From the NCBI GenBank assembly GCA_030390025.1, contig CM059431.1, positions 115,136,001-115,200,000 of the forward strand: DNA of 64,000 nucleotides. The letters are read 5' to 3'. The position numbers and the translations under genes were made by a program. The stretch is from Squalus acanthias. Lineage: Eukaryota. Below, one piece after another: positions 34,713 to 47,274 of the stretch; the first letter of the stretch is position 1, and the number at the start of each line of letters is the position of its first letter. The notes under the pieces are model-generated. The model saw only the letters and a list, made by a program, of their open reading frames with translations, was not told where the DNA came from and did no database searches.

Positions 34713-37700
34713 TACGCTCTTTGAAGCTTCAGAATGGTCGGGCAGTGTAGCCAGGACAGAGGTGGGAGATGAAAACAATCAGATTTTAAGAACTACTGTT
34801 TATAATATTGGGCCACTTATTGTTTATAAGCTTGGCTTGTGGCACTTAGATTAATGTACTGCAATTAATGTGGGACGAAAGCAGGTCTGCTTTAGACCTG
34901 GCTGGTCATGTTCACGCTGGCCCAAAGATGATCTGAGGAGTAGTGTTGATTTGCGAGCATTGCGGTATGTATTCTCTAACCACTGTCAGTTACCAAAATG
35001 TGGTGGGCGCAACATTGTAACACGATATATAAAGGCGCATGTAATGGCATCTTTATAGCAGCTCTTTAATTCTTACTTTCAAGTAAGATACTTGAGAATA
35101 CTTGAATAAGGATACTTAATAATGTGGCTACTATGGGGTATTGTCCTAGAGTACTTCATTACAAAAAAGTAACATGGCACCCGGGTGGCGCAGTGCATGG
35201 CATACCAGTGTGCTATGGACTAGAGAAGCAGAATGAATGTTTACTCTTCCAAATCTCCGCACCTCGAGTTACCAATCTCAGCCAGCCTACCTGGACGAGA
35301 TGCCAAGGGGAGCTACCTCCCCTCAGGTAGAGAGTGAGTCAAACTATAATATTCTTGCAGACCTCCTAGTGGTTACTTCAGAAATCACGTTGTCAGAATT
35401 ACAGAACATGCTATCGGTCTGGCCTTTCAGCTGGTGCGTATGGCTACGTGTTTGTTGACAGGGAGGTGGAGATTTTAATTAAATATCACTTTTTTTATAT
35501 GAAATTAGAAGTCATCTTAAATACAATCTGTGTTTTGAGCCCTGGTCCTGCAGCTCCACAGTACCAGTATTGATCATTGTGGAGGTTGGTGCACTCACGA
35601 GCTCGAAGTCTGAACCGAGTAAGAAAGCCAATTTCAAAGGCTACAAAACCAAAGTATTTTTCTTTTAGTTATTATTTTTGGCCAGCCTGCATACAGTATT
35701 TGATTTGTGCTATCCTCCACCAGTCAGAGTTGATATCAAGTCTGAGTGGGATTGCACGGTGAGCTCTGACTCCGTTTAGGTTGTGTGCAGACTTTCAGAA
35801 ATGTTTTGATTATTATTACATTTTATTTTTATGTGATTAACTTTGCATTAATTTTGACAAAAATAAATAAGTATCTAATTTCTATCATAGATCACTAATG
35901 GGTGTTTATGATTTGAGTACATTGAATATATGGATATAAAATATAGAGATAGAATAACTTTCATGGTGTATTTGAGATATTTATAAGAACATAATCTTTT
36001 TCTGTTCCTAAAAACTCTTATCAGATCCAACAAGTTGATACCTTTTGATAAATCTCAACTCCTCCTACCCGCTTTCTCACTATATCCCTCCATTCTCCAA
36101 AAACACATCAACTTATCCCTTAAACTCACTTACATGTCCACTTCAATGGTCTTTCTTGGTAATTTAATCTACAAGTCTGATACCCAATGTCAAAAAAGTT
36201 TCTCCACTTTCTCTTTTTACTCCTAATTTATAACTTTCTCATTTTTATCTTGGGTTCCCTGATGACTGCACACTTTACCTTAGTGAACAAATTGCCTCGA
36301 CCAATTTTGCTAACGGCCTATGGTTTTAAACTTCTGCTCGCTACATATATTACATACAGTGTATTACATGCTGTTGTATGACAACAGTGACTACACTTCA
36401 AAAGTACTTAATTGGCTGTAAAGTGCTTTGGGATATCCTGAGGTCGTGAAAGGTGCTCTAGAAATGTGTCTTTCTTTCTTACCTAGCACTGATTCTAAAA
36501 GTTTTCAGTTGTGATTATTTAATTCATGTTCTGACGTATAGAAATATATTCTTTGGGCTCCTGTGACGGTTGTGAATTTACCCAATGAGCACACGCCTAT
36601 GCTGCACTGCTACAGGTGTAGGGGCCTGCTCCTTTTATTTAAATGACCCTGTCCCAAGGATTGGGGATGGAGTCATGACCAGCTCAATGCGGGGGTTGGA
36701 AGTTCTGTCCCGTCACGCTTCAAGTGGTGCAATGGTGCCACAGAATGTCTCCCCTTTGCTTCAAGTAGTAGCAGGAAACACTGCTACTTTACGATGGGGG
36801 CTTCAGAGCAATGATTCACACAGCAGCACTAAAGCAAATTCTACACCAAAGTGACATGAATTGAGCCATTTTGCGGTTAATTCCCAAAAAAATGCAATTT
36901 CTGATTTCACGTCGGCCTCACCCTTTCCAAAACATTTAACCGCCCACATGCTAAGGGACAGAATGTTCCCCAAAGCCTCATAATTTTGCTTGGCTGATGG
37001 TGGTTGATGGGCAAGTGTCTGCTGTCTGTGGCTACAGCTAGAATTGCAAAAGTAAATACATTATAAAGCAAAAATACATTTTTTTTCCTGGTTGTGGTCT
37101 GATTTGGGTTAATCTTCTAAGAAAGTGTCCTGTTGCTGATGATATTTTTGGAGTCTGCATCAAATCTGTTTTTATAGGTCAGTTATATTGCACACTTTGT
37201 GCCATTGCGGAGCGGGTTTGGCTTTGGAGTGATAGACAATTTGTAGTCGACTGCAGCACCATCAGCCTGGATGCAGTATAACTGCAACAGGTCCAAACTA
37301 AAATATTGAGCATTCCCAGGTGATCACTGAAGTGCTTAGGAAGTTTTCCAATTTCATTTTTAAACGTTGTATTGACTGTCCTGTTGACTGTTTACTAACA
37401 ATAAAAAATGCATTATTTTTAAGATCAGTGCCTTTTAATTTTATGATGTGGAGATTGCCGGTGTTCAAATAAAGCTGTTGGACTATAACCTGGTGTTGTG
37501 CGACTTCTCACATTTGTTAATTTTATGGGCAGGATATATGATTATGTGGTGGGGATAGGCTTGACCAGTATCTGACAATCCAATCTCCAATTGGAAGAGG
37601 TAGTTCCTCAAGCATATTCCAATCCATTCTGCACTAAACAAAATGATGGCACGTACTCCCCACAGGTTGGATCAAACAGCCGAATAGTATCGCCCATAAG

Positions 37701-37714
37701 TTGTGTGGATGGGA

Positions 37715-38277
37715 GCAAGTAGTTACAAAGGGACAGAGACAGACTAAGTGAATGGGCAAAACTATGGCAGATAGAGTTCACTGTGTGGGAAGTGTGAGGC
37801 CATCCACTTTGGATCTGAGAAAGACAAATCAGAATATTTTCTTAATTTATGAGGAGAGGTTGCGTAAATGTATTCCCTTGAGTTTCGAAGGTTGAAGGGT
37901 GATGTAATTGAGGCATTTAAAATGATTAGGGGATTTGATGGGGTAGATACAGAGAAACTATTTCCTCTGGTGGGGAAATCCAGAACAAGAGAGCATCATC
38001 TTAAAATTAGAGCTAGGCTATTTTGGAGTGAAATCAGGAATCACTTTTTCACACAAAGAGTAGTGGAAATCTGGAACTCGCTCCCCAAAAGGCCGTGAAT
38101 GCTGGGTCATTCAGAATCTCTCAAAATTGAGATTGATAGATTTTTGTTCGGTAAGGGTATGAAGGGATATGAAACAAAGATGGGTAAATGGAGTTGATGT
38201 ACAGATCAGCCATGATCTAATTGATTGACGGAACAGGCACGAGGGGTTGATTGTGCTGCTACGGTTCCTTGTTTCTA
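37715..38277 (+). mobile_element. CR1 3' fragment with internal deletion
   Basis: YSLEFRRLKGDVIEAFKMIRGFD..TREHHLKIR..FFTQRVVEIWNSLP plus 3'UTR. Confidence 0.88.
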
Positions 38278-40934
38278 TTTGAGGATCTAGAGAACTGTAG
38301 TCAATAGATCACCATTTTACCACAGGTCAGTGTTCCCACTATTGCTGCAGCAGGTCACCTTCTTGAGTTGTAAATTTTAGATACATACAATAAAACCTCT
38401 TGAAGTAGAATCTAGGGAGCTTCTCTGGTGGGACTGAATCAAAAATGTTGGGGTGTTTATTTCCAATTTTATATTTTTGGGTGTGCTCAAATCATAATAG
38501 TTTATTATTTTAGTATTATACATATTTACAATTTCAGGAAAAAAACTTGTTATAACAGTATAATGGGTATACCAATCTGTAGTAAAGTAAGGGGGTTCTA
38601 TGACTTTAGCTTCAGTGTGTTCAGTAATATCTCCTTTCGCAGTTCGGATTAATAAATGCATTAATATATCTCTTCACGACGGTCTCTGAAAAATCTTGTT
38701 TTACTATGAGGTTAGTGAGGGGTGGCTCCATTATGTAATAGTATAAGACTATGATTAAAAGATAGAAAGAAAGACTTGGATTTATATATGGTTACTATTG
38801 AAGCTTAAAGTACCGAAACAAATATGAAAGCCTGCACACACTTATCTACAAAACCTTACATCCCGGTGTTACATTTTTGACATTCTTTTGCGTCAACTTT
38901 TCCCGTTATCAATTCTTATAACCACATTTATAATGCAAACTACCAATGTAAACTTGTCACTCTTTAATTACAGCTTCCCACCAGGGTTGGTGTTGTGGCA
39001 CCTTAGTTCTGTATCTCTCAGCTCCTTAGCCTGTACTGCAGAGAGACTCCTACGCTCCAATCAATTCCATTTCTCTGCTTCCCAAATTTCCACAAGTTTT
39101 GTTATTTCAGTATAAATAATCTGAAATCAAAGTATTATCTGAAAATGTATGACTTTAAATCAAGACTGAATGACATCTGCATTGCCATGACCCAATTACC
39201 CTTTGCTACGTAACTCCGCTTCACCTGAAGACTACATTTGATCTTGATTCTTCATGGGCAGTGCCATGGGTGAGTGACTATATAAAATATTCAAGCTGAG
39301 GTGCAAATTAATCCTTGTAGCCTTCAATTAGTAGAGTAATTATGCTCTGATTTATAAATATTTATTAGTAGCACAGTCATTTAGGTTGTGGATCAGTTGG
39401 CTTTCAGCTAGAAAGTAATGTGGTAGATCTTGGGCCAGATTTTGCTGAAGAAATAACAAAGTCTGAACGACATACGCCGTTATTAATGCACAAATTGGCC
39501 AGGAATTCGTAACAAGGAAAAGTTACCCCATGAATTGTGAATCACCACGTCTAGTAATTAAAAGTGTAAGTACCCTTTTAATGACGTGATCATTGTTAAT
39601 GACTGCCAATCAACCTCATTTGCCCAGAAAGTGAACAATTCTAAGTGTGGAGTCTCATTCCTTCAGGTTATAGATATTAAAAAAGTCAAATTTTTAATTT
39701 TTAATTTTTACATTTTTTTCTGTCTTTTTTTCTCTTGCTTAATCCAATCCAATCTTTCTTTTCTCTTTCTTTATTTTTCTTTCTGTACCTGATTTGACAT
39801 TGTGTTCACCCACTCTAATTCACCCTCCTTCTCAGTTCTTCCTCTGTTTATTTCTCCACATAGGTAGAACTATGAATGAGGTTCTGCTGAGAGAGAGTTT
39901 GAGGGGTTGGGGTCCAAATTAAAAAGCAGAACCTCAAAGGTAATAATCTCTGGATTGTTACTTGAGCCACGTGCCAATTGGCATAGGGATAAGCAGATTA
40001 GAAGGTTAAATGCGTGGCTCAAAGAGTGGTGTGGGAGGCAGGGGTTTTGCTTCATGGGGCACTGGCACCAACACTGGGGAAAGAGGGAGCTGTTCTGTCG
40101 GGATGGGCTCCACTTAAACCGGGCTGGAACCAATGTCTTGACAAATCGAATAACTGGGGCAGTAGACAGGGCTTTAAACTAATGAAGGGGGGTGGCTGGA
40201 GGATTCAGGAAAGAGTAAATTTAAAAGCAGCAAGAGAAATGTCAAGGCTCTAGAGCAGAGCAGAGTTTTGGGTAAAAATAAGCAGAGTGGGTCAGGAAGG
40301 GACAGAGAGAGTAACAAAGGTAATAAGGCATCAGTGACTAAGGTGACATCAGGGAAAAATAGAAAAAAGCCAAAGCTAAAGGCAATATATCTGAATGCAT
40401 GAAACATTTGCAACAAAATAGATGAATTAATAGCAGAGATAGAAATTAATAGGTTTGATCTAATAGCCATTATGGAGATGTGGTTGCAAAGTGACCAAGG
40501 CTGGGAACTAAATATTCCAGGATACTTAACTTTTAGAAGAGATAGACAAAATGGAAAAGGAGGAGGGGTAGCCCTGATAATAAAGGATGGGATAAAGACA
40601 GTAGAGAGAAAGGATCTTAGCTCTGAAAATCAAGAAGTAGAATCAGTTTGGGTGGAGCTAAGAAATAGCAAGGTGCAGAAAACATTGGTGGGAGTTGTTT
40701 ATAGGCCCCCAAACAGTAGTTGCAATGTAGGGCAGAGTATAAATCAGGAAATTAGAGGCTCATGTAACAAGGGTAATACAGTAATCATGGGGGACTTTAA
40801 TCTACATATAGACTGGGCAAACCAAATTTGCAGTAATAGTGTGGAGGATGAATTCATGGAATGTATACAAGATAGTTTTCTAGATCAGAATGTTGAGGAA
40901 CCAACTAGGGAACTGGCTATTTTAGATCTAGTAT

Positions 40935-42411
40935 TGTAATGGAATAGCCATATTTCAGAAAAATACATCATCCTTTAAACAGATTTGATATTATTAATAC
41001 AAGACATACTGGGTTTAAAAGTCTGAAAGCCTCGGCGACACAGGCCGTAAAACAGAAATACAGGCTTATGAGATAAGATCAGTTGTTAACACAAAGCTGT
41101 GAACACAAGCTTTGAAATTGGGATATTGACCAAGAAACAATGCCCTATTGAAGCAAACCATTGGCGCTTCCAGAATGTCTGAACATTGGAACCAACACAA
41201 TGGAATGACCCAAGTAAAGTGTTATAATCTAACACGTCGAACAGGTGCACAGAACATTAAAAAAAACAAGTACCTTTGAAAAAATGACATCAAGTAAAAG
41301 AAATACCTGTTGTAAAATAGTTTTATGTTAAACTTAGAAACAGGAAACATGATTAAATATGCAACCAATTGAGATAGCAAGAAAACAAGTAAACACCCTA
41401 AGAGAAGTGTTTTCAATTTACAAGTTGTAAAATATACCTACAGAAAGGCTTTGAAAATATAATATCAATAGATGACACCAAGCAATTACATTGTGTTTGT
41501 ATTGAAAATGGAATAGTTAGGAGACACGACGTCTGGCTTACAAGTAGTTAAGCGATATTAGAAATTCAATAGAAAGACTTCCTAAGAATCACATCAAATA
41601 AATACTACTGTCCTATTGTTTTTTATGATGGTTTTTGAAACATCTAAACAGGAGACAAGTCTAAAAGCTAACAGCTGATATGACAGGAAAGAATAGAACA
41701 AAGTCAGCAAAGAATGACTTGACACAATTATCTTACATCAGCAGAATACTTCAAAGGATAAACCACCAAAAAAAGATATAAAAATAAGAGCTTTTCAGAT
41801 GGAAAGTCAGAAGTCGCTGGGAGGGCAAGCGTTTCTCAACTTCACAGGCAAGCTCTGTAAGTTTTTAACTCTTAGTCTCGGGTAATCAAGGTATTTGATT
41901 TTGGTGGATATTCTGGATTAAGAAATAAATAGAAGTGTGGAAATGTAACGAAGTTAAGATTTGAGAATAAGGATCTCTGAGAATAAGAAAATGTAAGCTA
42001 TTTGTATTTTGAACGGTTAAAGTTGCGATTGCCGTAACAACTATCTTAATGTCGGTTCTTTAATAAATCTATATATTTTTAAAATTGTCTCACAGAGTAT
42101 TTCTGTATCATCTCACAAACTCAATTTCTGTACACTCTTCAGAAAGGAGTTGCAGAATTCTGGGGGGTATTCCGGACCCTCATAATATCCGGAAGGTTAC
42201 AGTCTAGTTAAACTTATTAAAAGTACTATCCGGAGGACGGTAACATTTTCAGACCGTTTCTTTCCTTTAGGGAGAGATAGTCTGACCTTTAGACCCAATT
42301 AAGCATCTTATGGGATCCGGCTATCTCTAACTTTAGTTGAAGGTAAACGTCTGGGGAATACGCCTGATCTGGGGTAGTCCGAAAGGGCTAGGACTTGTAA
42401 TTATCCCTTCA
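40935..42411 (+). mobile_element. Solo LTR, 1477 bp (retrovirus/LTR retrotransposon; foamy-like layout)
   Basis: TG...CA termini with imperfect inverted ends (TGTAATGGAATA / TGAAGGGATA). 4-bp TSD GTAT (40931-34 / 42412-15). Removing it restores CR1 LDLVL|CNE. TATAAAA at 41777, GTAAGT at 41857, AATAAA at 41924 and 42062. Confidence 0.85.
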
Positions 42412-43038
42412 GTATTGTGCAATGAGAAAGGGTTAATTAATAACCTTGTAGTAAAGGGGCCCTTAGGGAAGATTGACCATAATATGATAGAATTTTATAT
42501 TAAGTTTGAAAGTGATTTAGTTAAATCCAAAACTAGGGTCTTAAATCTAAACAAAGTAAGCTATGTAGGTATGAGGGGAAAGTTGGCTAAGGTAGATTGG
42601 GAAACTACATTAAAAGGTATGATGGTAGACAAGCAATGGCTAGCATTTAAAGAATTAATACATAATTTACAACAAATATACATTCCTTTAAGGCACAAAA
42701 ACCCCACAGTAAAAGTGGTCCAACCGTGGCTAATAAGAGAAGTTAAATATAGTATTAGATCAAAGGAAGAGGCTTATAATGTTGTCAAAAAGAGCAGTAA
42801 GCCTGAGGATTGGGAGTATTTTAAAATTCAGCAAAGGAGGACCAAGAAATTGATAAAGAAAAGGAAAATAGAATATGAGAGTAAACCAGCGAGAGACATA
42901 AAAACAGACTGTAAAAGCTTCTATAGGTATGTAAAAAGGAAAAGATTAGTGAAAGTAAATGTGGGTCTCTTACAGGCTGAGACAGGAGAAATTATAATGG
43001 GGAATAAGGAAATGACAGGGAAATTAAACAAATACTTT

Positions 43039-45175
43039 GGCCGTGATTTCGCCAGCGGAGGCGGGATTGCGGCCTGAGACTAGGTTGAGGGGTTCCGGTC
43101 CCACTCCCGGCTCCAGCCTGCACTGTGAAAAGGAATTTCCGCTAATAGGGATTGTTAAGCCTGCCCTGCGGGGTTCCCGGACAATTAAAAGGAAGCGGGT
43201 CTGATGTCGTCATTTGGTGACGCGTCATCAGCCGGTTTCCTTAAAGGGATGATGGCCGCATTCAATTTGATATTTGTGCTGTCAGTATTCTGCAGCATTG
43301 AGGTGCAGAAAACACTGACAAGTACTGCACAGAGGTGCACGGCTGCACCCCAGCTCTCGCATGACTCCCTCCCCAGGACACCAACGCAGCCTGGTTGCAC
43401 ATTGCACAGGAGGGCAAAAGCAGGGATGTCTGCAGGAAGATATCGATAAATTGGTCAGGTGGGCAGAACAGTGGCAAATGGAATTCAATCCGGAGAAGTG
43501 TGAGGTAATGCATTTGGGGAGGGCTAACAAGGAAAGGGAATACATTTTAAATGGTAGGACACTGAGTAGTGTAGAGGAACAAAGGGACCTTGGAGTGCAT
43601 GTCCACAGATCCCTGAAGGGAAATTTCTTCACCCAGAGGGTTGTGGGGGTTTGGAACTCACTGCCTGAAAGGGTGGTAGAGGCAGAAACCCTAACCATAT
43701 TTAAAAAGTACTTGGATGTGCACTTGGGATGCTGTAACCTGCAGGACTACGGACCAAGAGCTGGGAAGTGGTATTAGGCTGGATAGCTCTTTGTTGGCCG
43801 GCGCGGACACGATGGGCTGAAATGGCCTCCTTCCGTGCTGTAACTTTCTATGATTCTATGATACCAGCTCCAGTGGCGCAAACCTTTCAATGATCTCAGT
43901 AGATCACGAAACGTTAGTACAAAGCCACACTCAACCTCATCCTGCTGTGCCTCTCATCACATCCCCATAACTCTGCCTTCCCTACCCTACTCCTGCACAT
44001 CCTTACTCACACCAACTTACCTTGCACCTCCACCCATCCCTCTCTATCTACATTATCACTTCCCCATCTCACTAGCCACCCCTCACACTCACCCTCATCC
44101 TAGTCCAACCAGACCAACTAACAATACACAAGGGTAGGCACTTGGGTATTTTATGCTATGTTCATGTAAATATTCTGTTAATGTGTTGTCAAACATTGAA
44201 ATCTTTAATTTCAACACTTTGCCTTATTGTACAGATCTGTGTTCACCTTTGGAAGTGTCTTAGTGAGTTGCAGTGAATGGTGAGACTTAACGGTATCCCC
44301 CGCAATGGTGGTGAGTGTGAAAGGAATGGCTTGGACATTGTAGGGATGCTTTATGGTGCTGGTGTCGGGTGGTGTTAATCTGGCGCATCATGTGGCAGCC
44401 ATGGTGTACAGCATCAAGTGAAGTAAATCTGGCCATGGTGAGGCCCTGGCCTCCCAGGCATCAATGTTGTCGGGTGCTGATGCCCTGTGTCCTGTGCAGC
44501 ATCAGGTGATTGCGGAGAAGGTTGGTTATGTTGTTGGTGATGTTGCTGTGCCTGGTGATGTTGGTGTTGGGGCTGATCGTGGAGAGATTCAGAGGACCAA
44601 GGTGAGATTTTTCAGGGGCACCGATGTTGCTGGAATAGATGCAGCTGAAGTTGAGATGACAGAAGCGATCTGTCAGTGGTGAGAGAGCTTGCTCCAAGGA
44701 GGTGACAGTGGATGGAGAGTTTACTCCAAACACTTCCAAACTGCATACAGCTCAAAAGTGTCTTCCAAGTCCTGAAGGCTTAAGCTTCTGACATTGGAAA
44801 GTGACCAGCTGTGAAATGGTAGCTTTCATACCACTTTTGCAGCTGTCACCTATTCACAGCAATGGGGAGACATAGGGAACCCGACCTCCTTACCTGAAGT
44901 GATCTCTGAACGATGTGAACCTCGTTAAAAATGTGGTAAAATAGAAAAAGGCTGGCAAAATAGTACTTAACAAGCACTTAACAAGCATTTAAGTATCTTA
45001 AATGCCTCCCCCGCTGCTTGGTGTCGGGTCTGTTCTGAAATTGCAGACCAGACACTTTTGAAACTTACATGGAGGCGGGTTCGCAGCGGGTTCTCAACCC
45101 GCTGTCAATCATTTCGATTTTGACAGCGGACCCGCCTCCAAACCCACACTCTGAGCGCTGGCAAAAATTCAGCCC
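43039..45175. mobile_element. Harbinger deletion derivative inserted in CR1 ORF2
   Basis: TSD TTT (43036-38 / 45176-78). Imperfect TIRs ggccgtgatttcgccagcg / gggctgaatttttgccagcg. Myb remnants (TAAPQLSHDSL; RKPFNDLSRS). Removal restores CR1 NKYF|VSVFT. Confidence 0.85.
43422..43862 (+). mobile_element. CR1 3' fragment nested in the Harbinger element
   Basis: LQEDIDKLVRWAEQWQMEFNPEKCEVMH..FFTQRVVGVWNSLPERVV plus (attctatg) tail. Confidence 0.9.
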
Positions 45176-47096
45176 TTTGTGTCTGTCTTCACGGAAGAAG
45201 ACGCAAAAACTCCCAGAAATAGTGGAGAACCAAGGATTTGGTGAGAATGAGGAACTGAAAGAAATTAGTATTATTAAAAAATAGTACTGGAGAAATTAAT
45301 GGGAATGAAAGCCGATAAATCCCCTGGACCTGATGGCCTACATCCTAGGGTTTTGAAAGAGGTGGCTATAGAGATAGTGGATGCATTGATTGTCATTTTC
45401 CAAAATACCATAGATTCTAGAACACTTCCCGCGGATTGGAAGGTAGCAAATGTAACCCCACTATTTAAGAAAGGAGGGAGAGAGAAAACGGGGAACTACA
45501 GACCAGTTGACCTGACATCAGTAGTAGGGAAAATGCTAGAATCTATTATTAAGGACATGGTAACAGGGCACTTAGAAAATAATAATAGGATTGAGGAGAG
45601 TCAACACGGATTTATGAAAGGGAAATCATGTTTGACGAAACTGTAGAGTTTTTTGAGGTTGTAACTAACAGAATAGATAAGGGGGAATCAGTGGATGTGG
45701 TGTATTTGGATTTTCAGAAGGCATTCGATAAGGTGCCGCACAAGAGGTTATTAAACGAAATTAGGGCTCATGGGATTGGGGGTAATATATTAGCATGGAT
45801 TGAGGATTGGTTAATGGACAGAAAACAGAGAGTAGGAATAAACGGGTCATTTTGAGGTTGGCAGGCTGTAACTAGTGGGGTACCGCAAGGATCAGTGCTT
45901 GGGCCTCAGCTAATCACAATCTATATCAATGATTTGGATGAGGGGACCAAATGTAATATATCCAAGTTTGCTGATGATGCAAAGCTGGGTAGGAATGTAA
46001 CTTCTGAGGAGGATGCAAAGAGGCTTCAAGGGGATATAGACAGGCTAAGTGAGTGGGCAAGAACATGGCAAATGGAATATAATGTGCGGAAATGTGAAGT
46101 TATCCACTTTGGTAGGAAAAGTAGAAAAGTAGAGTATTTTTAATATGGTGAGAGATGTTGGAAATGTTGGTGTTCAGATGGACCTGGGTGTCCTTGTACA
46201 TGAATCACTGAAAGTTAACATGCAGGTACAGCAAGCAATTAAGAAAGCAAATGGTATGTTGGCCTTTATTACAAGAGGATTTGAGTATAAGAGTAAAGAT
46301 GTCTTACTGCAATTATATATGGCCCCGGTGAGACCACATCTGGAGTACTGTGTACAGTTTTGGTCTCCTTACCTAAGGAAGGATAAACTTGCCATAGAGG
46401 GAGTGCAACAAAGGTTCACCAGACTGATTCCTGGGATGGGGGGATTGTCCTATGAGGAGAGATTGAGTAGACTGGGCCTTTATTCTCTAGAGTTTAGAAG
46501 AATGAGAGCTGATCTCCTTGAAACATACAACATTCTTACAGGGCTTGACAGGGTAGATACAGGGAGGATGTTTCCCCTGGCTAGGGGGTCTAGAACCAGG
46601 GGTCACAGTCTCAGAATAAGGGGTCAGCCATTTAGGACTGAGATGAGGAGAAATTTCTTCACTCAGAGGGTGGTGAATCTTTAGAATTCTCTACCCTAGA
46701 GGGCTGTGGAGGCTCAGTCGTTGAGTATATTTAAGACAGAGATCGATAGATTTTTGAATATTAAGGGAATCAAGGGATATGGGGATAGTGCAGGAAGGTG
46801 GAGTTGAAGTAGAAGATCAGCCATGATCTTATTGAATGGCGGAGCAGGCCTGAAGGGCCGAATGGCCTACTCCTGATCCTATTTCTTATGTTCTTAATCC
46901 TTAAATCTCATTGGTTAAGGAGATACACTGTCTTGTTGTTTATCAAGATCTCAGCTGCCCAGTTGCCTTCGCTGCACCGTTATCAGCTCGTACTTCAGCA
47001 ACTTTGGGGCAAAAAATTAAAAAACCTAAACCTTCACTAAGAAGTCTAACTAACGGGGCACGTCACGAGATGCCCCGCTCCAGCAAAATCTGGCCC

Positions 47097-47274
47097 CTTG
47101 ACTTTGCGCGATAGTGTAGAACAAGTGATAGTGCGTCGGCAGCCCGTTCTACATCTCTCCCAGTTTTTATTTCCATTGAAGACAATGGAAATAAAAATCG
47201 GGAGGGAATGTAAAATGGGTTGATGACTCACTATCACCCATTTTACACTATCACACAAAGTCAAGATCTGCCCC
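47097..47274. mobile_element. Fold-back MITE; its left tip remains at ~39421-39431
   Basis: cttgactttgcgcgatagtgta...tacactatcacacaaagtcaagatctgcccc. The missing left terminus (ggtagatctt) sits just before 39432. Confidence 0.8.

Larger units (their letters stand above)
39856..46893 (+). mobile_element. Long CR1 LINE (3' part of ORF1 esterase plus whole ORF2), decayed and twice interrupted
   Basis: ORF1 SGNH-esterase end (VIISGLL..RLNAWLKEWC..RDGLHLN, to 40182). APE domain (VGVVYRPPN, MGDFNL, PTRELAILDLVL). RT pieces at 45299-46684. ttcttatg tail. Confidence 0.95.
39432..47096. mobile_element. Harbinger-type MITE split by a CR1 (halves ~39432-39855 and ~46894-47096)
   Basis: Perfect 16-bp TIR GGGCCAGATTTTGCTG / CAGCAAAATCTGGCCC. 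TSD CTT at 39429-39431 / 47097-47099. Confidence 0.85.

Noticed and set aside
42364..42395. Hammerhead ribozyme in the LTR end (CTGATCT...GAAA)
   Set aside because: The core is not CUGANGA, and GAAA forms the loop of a simple hairpin.
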